This document shows positions 28,948-36,994 of a DNA stretch of 64,000 nucleotides, one piece after another. The translations under genes and the position numbers were made by a program. The stretch is from a candidate division WOR-3 bacterium. Lineage in GTDB: Bacteria; Hydrothermota; Tepidihabitantia; Tepidihabitantales; Tepidihabitantaceae. The stretch spans positions 1,024 to 65,023 of the forward strand of contig JAOABP010000006.1 of NCBI GenBank assembly GCA_026418295.1. The letters run 5' to 3'. The stretch's first letter is position 1. Each line of letters starts with the position of its first letter. The notes beneath the pieces are model-generated. The model was not told the DNA's origin. It was given only the letters and a program-made list of their open reading frames with translations, and did not search any database.

Positions 28948-29579
28948 CGTTTTACTGTTCTAAGTATTGCTGCCAGTTTTCTGATTGCTTTACCAGTATA
29001 CTCAGCCTTGGAAGCGGTGATGATGTTCTTGTCCTGAACGATGTCAGCAAAATAGTGGCGGGCACCATTTTGTTTCAGAATTCCGATGGAATAGAAGTCA
29101 GGATATACAGTGGCTTGCCGGCCTTTTAATAAGCCCGCCTTCGCCAGTATAAGTGGTGCCAGTTCTATGGCAACAATAATGCGTCCGGTATTGGCAAACT
29201 CCCGACATTGCTGCCAGATCGTACTGTCATTCCAATATGGCGCAATTCCAGAACCGTTGATCAGTACTAACGCAGAAAACTTATCAGGTTTAATTTCACT
29301 TATCAGTCGCTGCGGTTTGATTATCAGCCCATCAATACCTTGCGCAGCAGTTGTTTCGGTAGATATGAGGAGCAGGGGTATTTCATATTTTTCCAAGAGC
29401 CGTATTGTTGTGTTTAATTCATCATCACGAAACAGATTCGAGGGAACAAAAATAGCGACAGTTTCTGATTCTGTTGGGTTCAATCCCACAGAACCGTTGC
29501 CGCTTCCCGACAGCGCTAACAAGATGCTCGTCAATGACAACAGATAGTACACGTAATTATTAAAATAGCCTTTTAACAA
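28944..29579 (-). CDS. DJ-1/PfpI-fold protein with N-terminal signal-like segment; nucleophile Cys replaced by Glu
   Basis: 211 aa. ALVLINGSG...GRIIVAIELAPLILAKAGLLKGRQATVYP aligns to the DJ-1/PfpI nucleophile elbow (..AAIC.GP..L..AGLL.G...T). The start is uncertain: TTG at 29579, or GTG at 29552. Confidence 0.55.
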   Translation of the reverse strand: MLKGYFNNYVYYLLSLTSILLALSGSGNGSVGLNPTESETVAIFVPSNLFRDDELNTTIRLLEKYEIPLLLISTETTAAQGIDGLIIKPQRLISEIKPDKFSALVLINGSGIAPYWNDSTIWQQCREFANTGRIIVAIELAPLILAKAGLLKGRQATVYPDFYSIGILKQNGARHYFADIVQDKNIITASKAEYTGKAIRKLAAILRTVKR

Positions 29580-29589
29580 TTGATGTCAA
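29562..29589 (-). promoter_or_regulatory. candidate promoter (TTGACA-16 nt-TATTTT) ahead of the DJ-1-like/dtd/yicC/gmk gene string
   Basis: The minus-strand -35 is at 29584-29589 and the -10 at 29562-29567. The GTG at 29552 lies 9 nt downstream of the -10. Confidence 0.3.
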
Positions 29590-29623
29590 GAAAATGCGGT
29601 CTTGTCTTTTGTAAGTAGTTGAT

Positions 29624-30334
29624 TTAACTGTTGTTAGACAAGAGACTCCATGGTTCTGGGTTTTGTGTTTTGTCGGTGCCGAATGAAAGAACTAATTTAT
29701 GTTGGGTGTAAAGGTTTTGCAGATGCCGGTTTTCCTTTCCCGGAAGGCAGAAATGACCGGGGAGAAATTCGTGGAATCCCTGGTGTGTCAGTTTGGACCG
29801 GGTGGCCGGGTGTGGGGGGAGAATGTAGATGTGGTCCGGGGAGAGAGACAATAACTGGTGAAGAAGGTTTTCGGAGGGTTGCTCATTGGGGTCAGACTGG
29901 TATTCAAACCCCACAGAATTAAAGCCGGCGTCTCGTAAGATCATAAAATCCTCTTTGGGAATCGATGAACTGTTTATTCTGATAGTGAGTTGATCAAAGC
30001 CAGACTCGCGCAGAATTTTCGCTTTGTCGGGATGGACAGTTCTGGGGAGTATGAGCATCGTCTGTTCCAGAGGGGTTATGGTCAAGGAGTCATACAGGGC
30101 TTGTAGGATGCGGTAAAGTTGATCAAGGGTAAGTAAAGACGGTCCACAACCGCCGAAGAAAATTGTAGTAAAGGTTACTTCGCGATAGCGACGGGCGCAT
30201 GATTTGATATCATTGACCAGTTGCGCCACCAACCTTTCCGCCTTTTCAAATGTATAAGGTTCGGGTTTTATTCTGAACCGGAGGTCAATTTTCTCTCCGA
30301 GGGGGATGATAATATTTATTCCGTTATTCTCCAC
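29624..30334 (-). CDS. HemN/HemW-like radical-SAM-fold protein lacking the CxxxCxxC cluster motif
   Basis: 236 aa. TTIFFGGCGPSLLT, DQLTIRINS and LRDAGFNSVGFEY mirror HemW motifs (yfGGGTPs.l, nRiSlGvQs, aGf.niniDl). No Cys triad is present, and only 9 nt separate it from the lepB stop. Confidence 0.5.
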   Translation of the reverse strand: MENNGINIIIPLGEKIDLRFRIKPEPYTFEKAERLVAQLVNDIKSCARRYREVTFTTIFFGGCGPSLLTLDQLYRILQALYDSLTITPLEQTMLILPRTVHPDKAKILRESGFDQLTIRINSSSIPKEDFMILRDAGFNSVGFEYQSDPNEQPSENLLHQLLSLSPDHIYILPPHPATRSKLTHQGFHEFLPGHFCLPGKENRHLQNLYTQHKLVLSFGTDKTQNPEPWSLLSNNS

Positions 30335-30343
30335 AAGATGTTT

Positions 30344-31168
30344 TTACCGGACGAGTCTGCCGATGCGATTGAATCGTATCGCCCATGGCGAGAGGATGAT
30401 ACGGGCGATATTGGGCGCGGCACCGGAGGAGAAATAGAGAATCAGTGGTTTCCCACGGATATAACGAAGCGCCAATGGTCCCCAAAATCTCGAATCTTCG
30501 GAGTTGTCGCGATTGTCCCCCATTGCAAAGATATGCCCCGGTGGGACAACGACTGGACCGAAGTTGTCCCGAACATAGGGGGAGAGTTCTGAGCGATAAA
30601 AGCTGCGGTTAAGCCACAGACGCTGAAACTCCGATTTCATTTGTTCGGGCAGAGGAGGCAGAGTATAAGGGAACTTGTGAACTGCATAAGGCGAAACTTC
30701 CCTTCTTCCGTTAATATATAGTTCCTTATCTCTGATTTCTACAGTATCACCTGCCACGGCTACGCAGCGCTTGATGAAATTACGAGGGACATACCAAGTA
30801 AAAAAATGGCGCTGGGTATCCCAGAATAACGGCAGGAGCGGAAGCCAAGAGGGAAATATCCGTCTGTATCTGCCAGGATTTGCGGAATCCTCAGGAACGT
30901 CACCGTCCAGAGGGAAACGGAATACGACAATGTCCCCCCGTTTGGGCTGGGAAAATCCAATCAATGTATGATCGGTAAAGGGAAGTTTAATTCCGTAGAC
31001 AAACTTGTTCACGAGCATAAAGTCACCAATGGCTATGGTATCTTCCATTGAGCCGGTCGGGACGAGAAATGCCTCAACGAGAAACGAACGGATGAGAAGA
31101 ACGGCAATAATTACCGGTACCCATTCCTGAAGGAATCGCTTGAGACCTTTACCGAGTTTCTTGGGCAT
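30344..31168 (-). CDS. lepB: signal peptidase I
   Basis: 274 aa. TM anchor, catalytic Ser box PTGSMEDT, K box (RCVAVAGDTVE) and GDNRDNSEDSRFWG. Confidence 0.9.
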   Translation of the reverse strand: MPKKLGKGLKRFLQEWVPVIIAVLLIRSFLVEAFLVPTGSMEDTIAIGDFMLVNKFVYGIKLPFTDHTLIGFSQPKRGDIVVFRFPLDGDVPEDSANPGRYRRIFPSWLPLLPLFWDTQRHFFTWYVPRNFIKRCVAVAGDTVEIRDKELYINGRREVSPYAVHKFPYTLPPLPEQMKSEFQRLWLNRSFYRSELSPYVRDNFGPVVVPPGHIFAMGDNRDNSEDSRFWGPLALRYIRGKPLILYFSSGAAPNIARIILSPWAIRFNRIGRLVR

Positions 31169-31214
31169 GAATTTTCAGTTTAGGGGTATTGGTGCATAAG
31201 TCAAGGAGATTGCT

Positions 31215-31895
31215 CTATTTCAGAAAGATGATTCCGAGCAACAATACGACGAGCAGTGCAGGGAGTAAATTCAGTACCTTTAACCGTTTGATTTCAAGAA
31301 GGTTAATTCCCAGCCCAATGAGAATGAGTCCGCCTACTGCCGTGAGTTCGTTCGTAATTGCCGGCGTGAGCAGCGTGGTGAGTCCACGGGCGAGCAAAGT
31401 GAGTCCTGTCTGATAAATAAACAGCGGCAGTGATGCAAACATTACTCCGATGCCTAAGCCGGCAGTGAGGGCGATGGCAGCAAAGCCATCAAGAAGGGAT
31501 TTGGCAAAAAATAGACTTGGTGTTTTACCCAGTCCTTCTTCAATGGCTCCCAAGACGGTCATTGACCCCATGCAGAAGATCAGAAAGGCGGTTACTAGAC
31601 CTTCGGTAAACCGTTCGGTACTGAGCCTGAGATGAGATTTCAGCCATTCACCCAAGCGGTTCAGTTGGTAATCAAGGTCAAACAGTTCTCCGAGAACGGA
31701 ACCTGAGACAATGGAGAAAATCATAATCAGGGTTTTCTCAGTACGAAGTGCCATTGAGAAGCCCAAAAACAGAGTAAAGATACCGATTGCCTGAAATGCC
31801 ACGCGCGTCAGGCGGGCAGGCATACGGGTATGAAATAACAGTCCCAGCAGACTGCCGGCGATCACCGCAATGGTATTAACGATAGTCCCCAGCAT
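31215..31895 (-). CDS. DUF554 (YqgA/YdfK-like) membrane protein
   Basis: 226 aa. MLGTIVNTIAVIAGSLLGLL N-terminus, and polytopic. Confidence 0.65.
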   Translation of the reverse strand: MLGTIVNTIAVIAGSLLGLLFHTRMPARLTRVAFQAIGIFTLFLGFSMALRTEKTLIMIFSIVSGSVLGELFDLDYQLNRLGEWLKSHLRLSTERFTEGLVTAFLIFCMGSMTVLGAIEEGLGKTPSLFFAKSLLDGFAAIALTAGLGIGVMFASLPLFIYQTGLTLLARGLTTLLTPAITNELTAVGGLILIGLGINLLEIKRLKVLNLLPALLVVLLLGIIFLK

Positions 31896-31968
31896 TCGTT
31901 AATATTACTATTTAACCCAGCATCGGCAAATTTTATCCACTGGCATATGGAACAGAGCTCAGCGGTGC

Positions 31969-31997
31969 TTGACTTTGTATCCAATATCCATTATAGT
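31969..31997 (+). promoter_or_regulatory. candidate promoter for acpP-fabF-etfB-coaE (TTGACT-17 nt-TATAGT)
   Basis: Hexamers at 31969-31974 and 31992-31997, in the 148-nt divergent intergenic region. Confidence 0.45.
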
Positions 31998-32043
31998 TTA
32001 GAAGTATTTCATTGGTAATTTTAAAGTCTAAGGAGGATATGGA

Positions 32044-32310
32044 ATGGCATTAATTGATGAAGTAAAGGCAATAATTGCTGAAAAGCTGCCGGATGCGGCA
32101 GGAAAACTGACCCCGGATGCCCGGTTCCAAGAAGATTTGGGAGCAGATTCGCTGGATATCGTGGAACTTGTGTTGGCATTCGAGGATAAATTCGGTATCA
32201 AGATACCTGATGAGGATTCCCAGCAACTGACTACCGTCGGTAAGGCGGTTGAATATTTGGAGAGGAAGCTGGCGGAGAAGAAGGCGGCTGAAGGCAGTCC
32301 GCAGGAATAG
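32044..32310 (+). CDS. acpP: acyl carrier protein
   Basis: 88 aa. DLGADSLDIVELV phosphopantetheine-attachment motif. AAGGAGGA SD. Short charged C-terminal extension. Confidence 0.92.
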   Translation: MALIDEVKAIIAEKLPDAAGKLTPDARFQEDLGADSLDIVELVLAFEDKFGIKIPDEDSQQLTTVGKAVEYLERKLAEKKAAEGSPQE

Positions 32311-32339
32311 TCTTCCCCGGAAATTGTAAGGGAACGGTA

Positions 32340-33581
32340 ATGACCAAGCGCAGAGTTGTAGTTACCGGTTTGGGTGCAGTTACCCCGCTTGGCAATGATG
32401 TGAAGACCTACTGGGAGAATCTCCTTGCTGGTGTGAGTGGCGTAAAAAGAATCAGTGCTTTTGATCCTTCAGATCTGGCAGTACAGATTGCTGGTGAAGT
32501 AAAGAATTTTAATCCGCTGGAGCGGCTGGATGCCAAGTTGGTGAAGCGAGCAGACCGGTTTACCCAGTTTGCTTTGTGGGCAGCAGTGGAGGCTCTGAAG
32601 GATGCAGGTATTGATTTAAATCATGAGGATTGTAATAGAGTCGGTGTTATTGTCGGATCCGGGATGGGGGGCATTGCAACTTGGGAGCAGCAGCATGAAA
32701 TTTTTATTACTCGTGGTCCGAGACCAGTTTCTCCGTTGTTGATTCCGATGATGATTCCGGATATGGCGTCCGGACAGATATCAATTGTCTACGGGTTAAG
32801 GGGACCGAATTACTGCTCGGTTTCAGCATGTGCCTCTGGTGCCCATGCTACCGGCGTTGCCTTTCGTCACATTCAGAATGGAGATGCGGATGTGATGATT
32901 ACCGGCGGGAGTGAGGCACCAATTACCAAGTTTACCATTGCTGCATTCGCCAATATGGGGGCGCTGTCCAAGCGTAATGATCAGCCCGAGAAGGCGTCAC
33001 GGCCGTTTGATCGTCAGCGGGACGGGTTTGTGATTGCTGAAGGGTGTGGAATTTACATCTTGGAGGAGCTGGAGCATGCGTTGAAGCGGGGGGCAAAAAT
33101 CTACTGTGAGCTGTCTGGTTACGGTGCCAGTGCTGATGGTTACCATATCACTGCTCCAGATCCAGAGGCTCTGGGCGCAGCACTGGCGATGAGGCGGGCG
33201 CTGGAGGATGCGGGATTGAAGCCCGAAGATATCGATTACATCAATGCCCATGGAACCTCGACCCCGTTAAATGATGCGGCCGAAGTGAAGGCCATCACTA
33301 TGGTATTTGGTGAGCATAGTCGGCAGCTGGCAGTGAATTCCACCAAGTCGATGATCGGTCATGGACTTGGGGCGGCTGGAGCAATGGAGTTTGTGGCAAC
33401 CGTGCTGTCAGTGAGCGAAGGTAAGCTGCACTGCACGGCAAATTTTGAGGAACCGGATGAGGGGGTTGAATTGGATTTTGTCAAAGAGGGATCAAGGGAG
33501 AGAAGGGTGCGTGCTGCTTTGTCAAATTCATTTGGATTCGGAGGTCATAACTGTTGTCTTTGTGTTAAGGCATGGGAGTAG
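32340..33581 (+). CDS. fabF: beta-ketoacyl-ACP synthase II
   Basis: 413 aa. Active-site ACASG, and HGTSTP / GHGLGAAG His motifs. Confidence 0.95.
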   Translation: MTKRRVVVTGLGAVTPLGNDVKTYWENLLAGVSGVKRISAFDPSDLAVQIAGEVKNFNPLERLDAKLVKRADRFTQFALWAAVEALKDAGIDLNHEDCNRVGVIVGSGMGGIATWEQQHEIFITRGPRPVSPLLIPMMIPDMASGQISIVYGLRGPNYCSVSACASGAHATGVAFRHIQNGDADVMITGGSEAPITKFTIAAFANMGALSKRNDQPEKASRPFDRQRDGFVIAEGCGIYILEELEHALKRGAKIYCELSGYGASADGYHITAPDPEALGAALAMRRALEDAGLKPEDIDYINAHGTSTPLNDAAEVKAITMVFGEHSRQLAVNSTKSMIGHGLGAAGAMEFVATVLSVSEGKLHCTANFEEPDEGVELDFVKEGSRERRVRAALSNSFGFGGHNCCLCVKAWE

Positions 33582-33584
33582 GGT

Positions 33585-34373
33585 ATGAATATAATCTGCT
33601 GTCTTAAACAGGTACCGTCGACCGAGACCAAGATTAGAATAAATCCCCAGACGGGGCTGGTGGATACAAATGAAGTTGAGTGGGTAATCAATCCGTATGA
33701 CGAGTATGCACTGGAGATGGCTTTGCGGATCCGGGAGACGCTCGGCAAAGGTAAAATTACCGTAATCAGCCTCGGGCCGGAAAGAGTGAAAATGGCGCTG
33801 CGCACTGCCCTGGCGATGGGGGTTGATGAGGCGGTTCAATTATGTGATAGCGAGTTTGAAGGACTGGACGGGCTGAGTATCGGACGAGTGCTGGCTGCGG
33901 CAGTAAAGAAACTGGGGTTTGATCTGGTTTTGACCGGCAAGCAGGCAATTGATGATGATCTTGCCTGGGTACCACAGTCAATCGCCCATTTTCTGAATAT
34001 TCCACATTGTGCAGTCGTGCCGGAGGTGGAACTTAACCGGGTGGACCAGGGAGAGCTTGTGTGCCATCGGGAGATTGAAGGAGCAACGGAGATTGTTGAA
34101 GTAAAACTCCCTTGTCTGGTAACGGTACAGAAGGGAAAGTTTCAGCCCCGGTATCCGACACTGAAGCTGATGATGGCAGCGAAAAAGAAGGAGATTCCGG
34201 TGTGGGACAGGAATACACTGGGAGTCGATCCTTCTCAGCTGACGCGGCGCGTGGAGTGTATCGGTCACCGGTTACCGCCCGAGCGCAAGCCCGGGAAGAT
34301 CCTTGAGGGGGATGTGAATCAGGTCGTGCCGGAGCTGGTGCGGTTGCTGCGTGATGAAGCAAAGGTTGTCTGA
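33585..34373 (+). CDS. etfB: electron transfer flavoprotein beta subunit (no adjacent alpha subunit)
   Basis: 262 aa. MNIICCLKQVP...NPYDEYALEMALR...GPE...DLVLTGKQAIDDD. Confidence 0.85.
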   Translation: MNIICCLKQVPSTETKIRINPQTGLVDTNEVEWVINPYDEYALEMALRIRETLGKGKITVISLGPERVKMALRTALAMGVDEAVQLCDSEFEGLDGLSIGRVLAAAVKKLGFDLVLTGKQAIDDDLAWVPQSIAHFLNIPHCAVVPEVELNRVDQGELVCHREIEGATEIVEVKLPCLVTVQKGKFQPRYPTLKLMMAAKKKEIPVWDRNTLGVDPSQLTRRVECIGHRLPPERKPGKILEGDVNQVVPELVRLLRDEAKVV

Positions 34374-35035
34374 TGTTTGACCGGCAACTCGCTCAGGAGC
34401 GGCTGCTGATCGGAATCGGCGGAAACTTAGGATCGGGTAAGACAACAGTTGCCAATGAACTCAGGCGTTACGGGGCAAAGGTGATTGATGCGGATAGCAT
34501 CGGCCGGAGTCTGCTGCGTAAGGGTACGGCGGAATATCAGAAACTGGTGCGCGCCTTTGGCCGGGAGATTCTGAAACGTTCAGGGGAAATTGACCGTAAG
34601 ACTTTGGCAAAAAAGGCATTTGCCTCGCCAGCAGCGCTGAAAAAGCTTAACGGAATCATGCATCCCCCGCTGCTGAAAAAAATCAAGGAAGAAATTGCGA
34701 ACTGTAGGGAGGGGCTGGTGGTGGTGGATGCAGCGCTCTTATTTGCTTGGAGATTGCACCGGCAGATGGATATTTCAATTCTGGTCACCGCACCGGATGA
34801 GCTGCGGCTTGCCCGATTGAAAAAGAGCGGTCTGAGCTTGGAAGACGCACGACAGCGCCTGAAAATGCAGGGTTCAGATACGAAATTCTGGGCCGAAGCT
34901 GATTTTGTGCTTGAGAACTGCGGTTCACTGGCAGAACTTAAACGGAAAATCCGGGCATTGTGGAATTATTTCTATTCCAACCGGCTGGAACGTCTGAAAG
35001 CGAAAAGAAACAGTTCTTTTGCTCACGGAGCCTGA
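34373..35035 (+). CDS. coaE: dephospho-CoA kinase
   Basis: 220 aa. P-loop GIGGNLGSGKTT, VIDADSIGR and MHPPL motifs. Start shares 1 nt with the etfB stop. Confidence 0.85.
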   Translation: MFDRQLAQERLLIGIGGNLGSGKTTVANELRRYGAKVIDADSIGRSLLRKGTAEYQKLVRAFGREILKRSGEIDRKTLAKKAFASPAALKKLNGIMHPPLLKKIKEEIANCREGLVVVDAALLFAWRLHRQMDISILVTAPDELRLARLKKSGLSLEDARQRLKMQGSDTKFWAEADFVLENCGSLAELKRKIRALWNYFYSNRLERLKAKRNSSFAHGA

Positions 35036-36092
35036 ACCGGTGAGGTGGAGTCAGGTTCCGCTGCGGGAATTGGAGCTTGAGGACCGACTAGTCCGGGCGG
35101 TAACCCCTTACATACTCGAGTTTCAAGAAGTGCACGAGATGGTGGTAGATTTTTTCAGGATTTATCAACAGCTGGTGAATCCGAAGGCGACTGGAGTCGG
35201 ACCTCCGGAACGGGAGGCTAATGCGGAGAGTTATTGCGTCTCCGGACCCCAGGGGGAAGTTGGACAGTTCCATGTAATCTATGATTTGGAGGAGACCCGG
35301 TTGGCAATTGAGCTACCGGCTGAGGAGGCAAGCAAGGTTTACCGGCTGTTGCGCGAGCAGAGGATTGTTGTTCCGGATCTGGAACTGGTTCGAAAAGTCA
35401 TGTCGGGTAACCTGGCAGAGACGGTGGCTGCGATCTTCTGGCAGGTAGGTGCCATAAAGGTAAGCCTCGGTGATCTGCGGCCGCTGTTTAAAGTGGACGA
35501 GAACCGGAATTACAGCCCAATTTACATTGATGTCAAGGGAATTTCCTACTATCCGGCGGTCTTGGATTTTGTATTGTCGGCAAGTGCCCTTTTAGTTCGT
35601 AATCTCAATTTTGATGTCATCTGCGGCATTGAAGCCGGCAGTATCGCACTCGCTGCGATACTGGCACAAAAACTGAATAAGCCGATGTTTTTTGCCCGGC
35701 GCCATCTGCGTTACCCGGAGGCGAGTCCGTTTGAGGGAGTGAAACAGCACGAGCTGTTCCGGAAACGTGTGCTGCTTGTGGACGATACTCTGGTGCATGG
35801 CTGGACCAAGACGCGGGTTGTGGAGGTAATTCGTCAGTGGGGTGCGCAGGTTGATGCCTGTTTTGTGATCTTTGACCGCCAGCAGGGTGGGGAGGAGGAG
35901 CTGGCGCATGCCGGGGTCAGGTTGTATTCGCTGACCAATCGGGAAGCGGCGCTGTCCGAAAAGATACCACGCGAGATCAGCTGTCTTACTGATGGGGAGT
36001 ATGTCGAGGTCTGCTCCTATTTTGCCGATCCCGGGGAGTGGCACCGGCGCCGGGGGTTGAATTTTACCCCAATAATGAAAAACTTGACATAG
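35019..36092 (+). CDS. PyrE-like type I phosphoribosyltransferase with ~125-aa N-terminal and ~35-aa C-terminal extensions
   Basis: 357 aa. The core IFWQVGAIKV...NYSPIYIDVKG...DVICGIEAGSIALAA...RVLLVDDTLVHGWT...VIFDRQQGG resembles orotate PRTase. TTG start, uncertain. Confidence 0.55.
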   Translation: MLTEPEPVRWSQVPLRELELEDRLVRAVTPYILEFQEVHEMVVDFFRIYQQLVNPKATGVGPPEREANAESYCVSGPQGEVGQFHVIYDLEETRLAIELPAEEASKVYRLLREQRIVVPDLELVRKVMSGNLAETVAAIFWQVGAIKVSLGDLRPLFKVDENRNYSPIYIDVKGISYYPAVLDFVLSASALLVRNLNFDVICGIEAGSIALAAILAQKLNKPMFFARRHLRYPEASPFEGVKQHELFRKRVLLVDDTLVHGWTKTRVVEVIRQWGAQVDACFVIFDRQQGGEEELAHAGVRLYSLTNREAALSEKIPREISCLTDGEYVEVCSYFADPGEWHRRRGLNFTPIMKNLT

Positions 36093-36112
36093 AATTTTCA
36101 CTTTATCACAAT
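36084..36112 (+). promoter_or_regulatory. weak candidate promoter (TTGACA-17 nt-CACAAT) for the zinc-ribbon/HNH-like gene
   Basis: TTGACA at 36084-36089 overlaps the end of the upstream CDS. The -10-like hexamer is at 36107-36112. AAGGAGG SD at about 36135. Confidence 0.3.
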
Positions 36113-36145
36113 TTATCCGAGGCTTAATTTCCCAAAGGAGGTAAG

Positions 36146-36994
36146 ATGCTGTGGCATTACCATTGTCCTGATTGCGGTCAGCCATTAGAGGTAGAGTGGG
36201 CGCGGCATAAGGAAGAAACAGTATGTCGGAAGTGCCGTTCGCGGCATTATCCTCCAACCCCGGATGAGGATCCGTTTGCCTACATTGCCGGCGCCAGGTG
36301 GCCGCCAGAACTGGAGCAGATTGTCATTGCCCATAAAGGGGCAGTATGCTCCGCACCCGGCTGTTTCCGGACCTATAATACACTGACGCTGAAGAAACCA
36401 ATTTCCAAAGGAGGCAGGATTTCGGTTGATAATCTGATACCGGTCTGCACGCACCACGCCCGTGATAAAGGAGAGCAGGATTATGAGGAGTGGATTCAGA
36501 ACTTGAGGGAACGGGAGTTGAATGAGCAGTTGGCAGCAGTTACACTGCCGATGGTTCAAGCGGAAACACCGCCTGCGGAGTCGGCTGAGACGGTTCCCCT
36601 TGCTGGTTATGTTCAACTGATTTCCCGGGAGAGCAATACCAGGCTGATGCCTTTACCTGAGAACCGGCCGGTGGTAATGGCGCCGTTTCTGCGTGGGGCA
36701 GTCCGACGTTTGGTATTTGACTACGAGTGGGAAGCAAGGGGCGGTGGCGAGGTGAAGGTCTATCTGGTTGCTTGGCCGAGAGGCGAAGAACCGCGTCTGG
36801 ATTTTCTTGAGAGCGAAGAGTTTGCGGGCCTGAAGGCGGTAAAGGAGCATTGGGCAGAACGGGATGCCCGCGGGGAGGGTTGTGTTACTCTGGAACTTCC
36901 TCCGGCACCAATGGGACGCTGGACAGCGGCGGTAGTGATGGAGGGAAATGGCGCGTTTGCAATTAAGGAGTTCGTGCTGGCAGGTTGTGATTAG
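36146..36994 (+). CDS. zinc-ribbon + degenerate HNH-like domain protein with unassigned C-terminal domain
   Basis: 282 aa. CPDC..(16)..CRKC ribbon. CSAPGC...LKKPISKGGRISVDNLIPVCTHHARDKG resembles the HNH core (DHI.P.S.GG...NL...C..C...K). The last ~140 aa are unrecognised. Confidence 0.45.
   Translation: MLWHYHCPDCGQPLEVEWARHKEETVCRKCRSRHYPPTPDEDPFAYIAGARWPPELEQIVIAHKGAVCSAPGCFRTYNTLTLKKPISKGGRISVDNLIPVCTHHARDKGEQDYEEWIQNLRERELNEQLAAVTLPMVQAETPPAESAETVPLAGYVQLISRESNTRLMPLPENRPVVMAPFLRGAVRRLVFDYEWEARGGGEVKVYLVAWPRGEEPRLDFLESEEFAGLKAVKEHWAERDARGEGCVTLELPPAPMGRWTAAVVMEGNGAFAIKEFVLAGCD

Noticed and set aside
14050-31900. Apparent lower GC content of the 14-32 kb block relative to the flanks, which would suggest a foreign island or chimeric contig.
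   Set aside because: Hand counts on about 25 sampled 60-nt lines gave overlapping ranges (roughly 37-53 percent inside, 40-60 percent outside). The block is full of core genes (dnaB, radA, recJ, coaBC, gmk, lepB). A sliding-window GC and tetranucleotide calculation would be needed, and I cannot support the claim.
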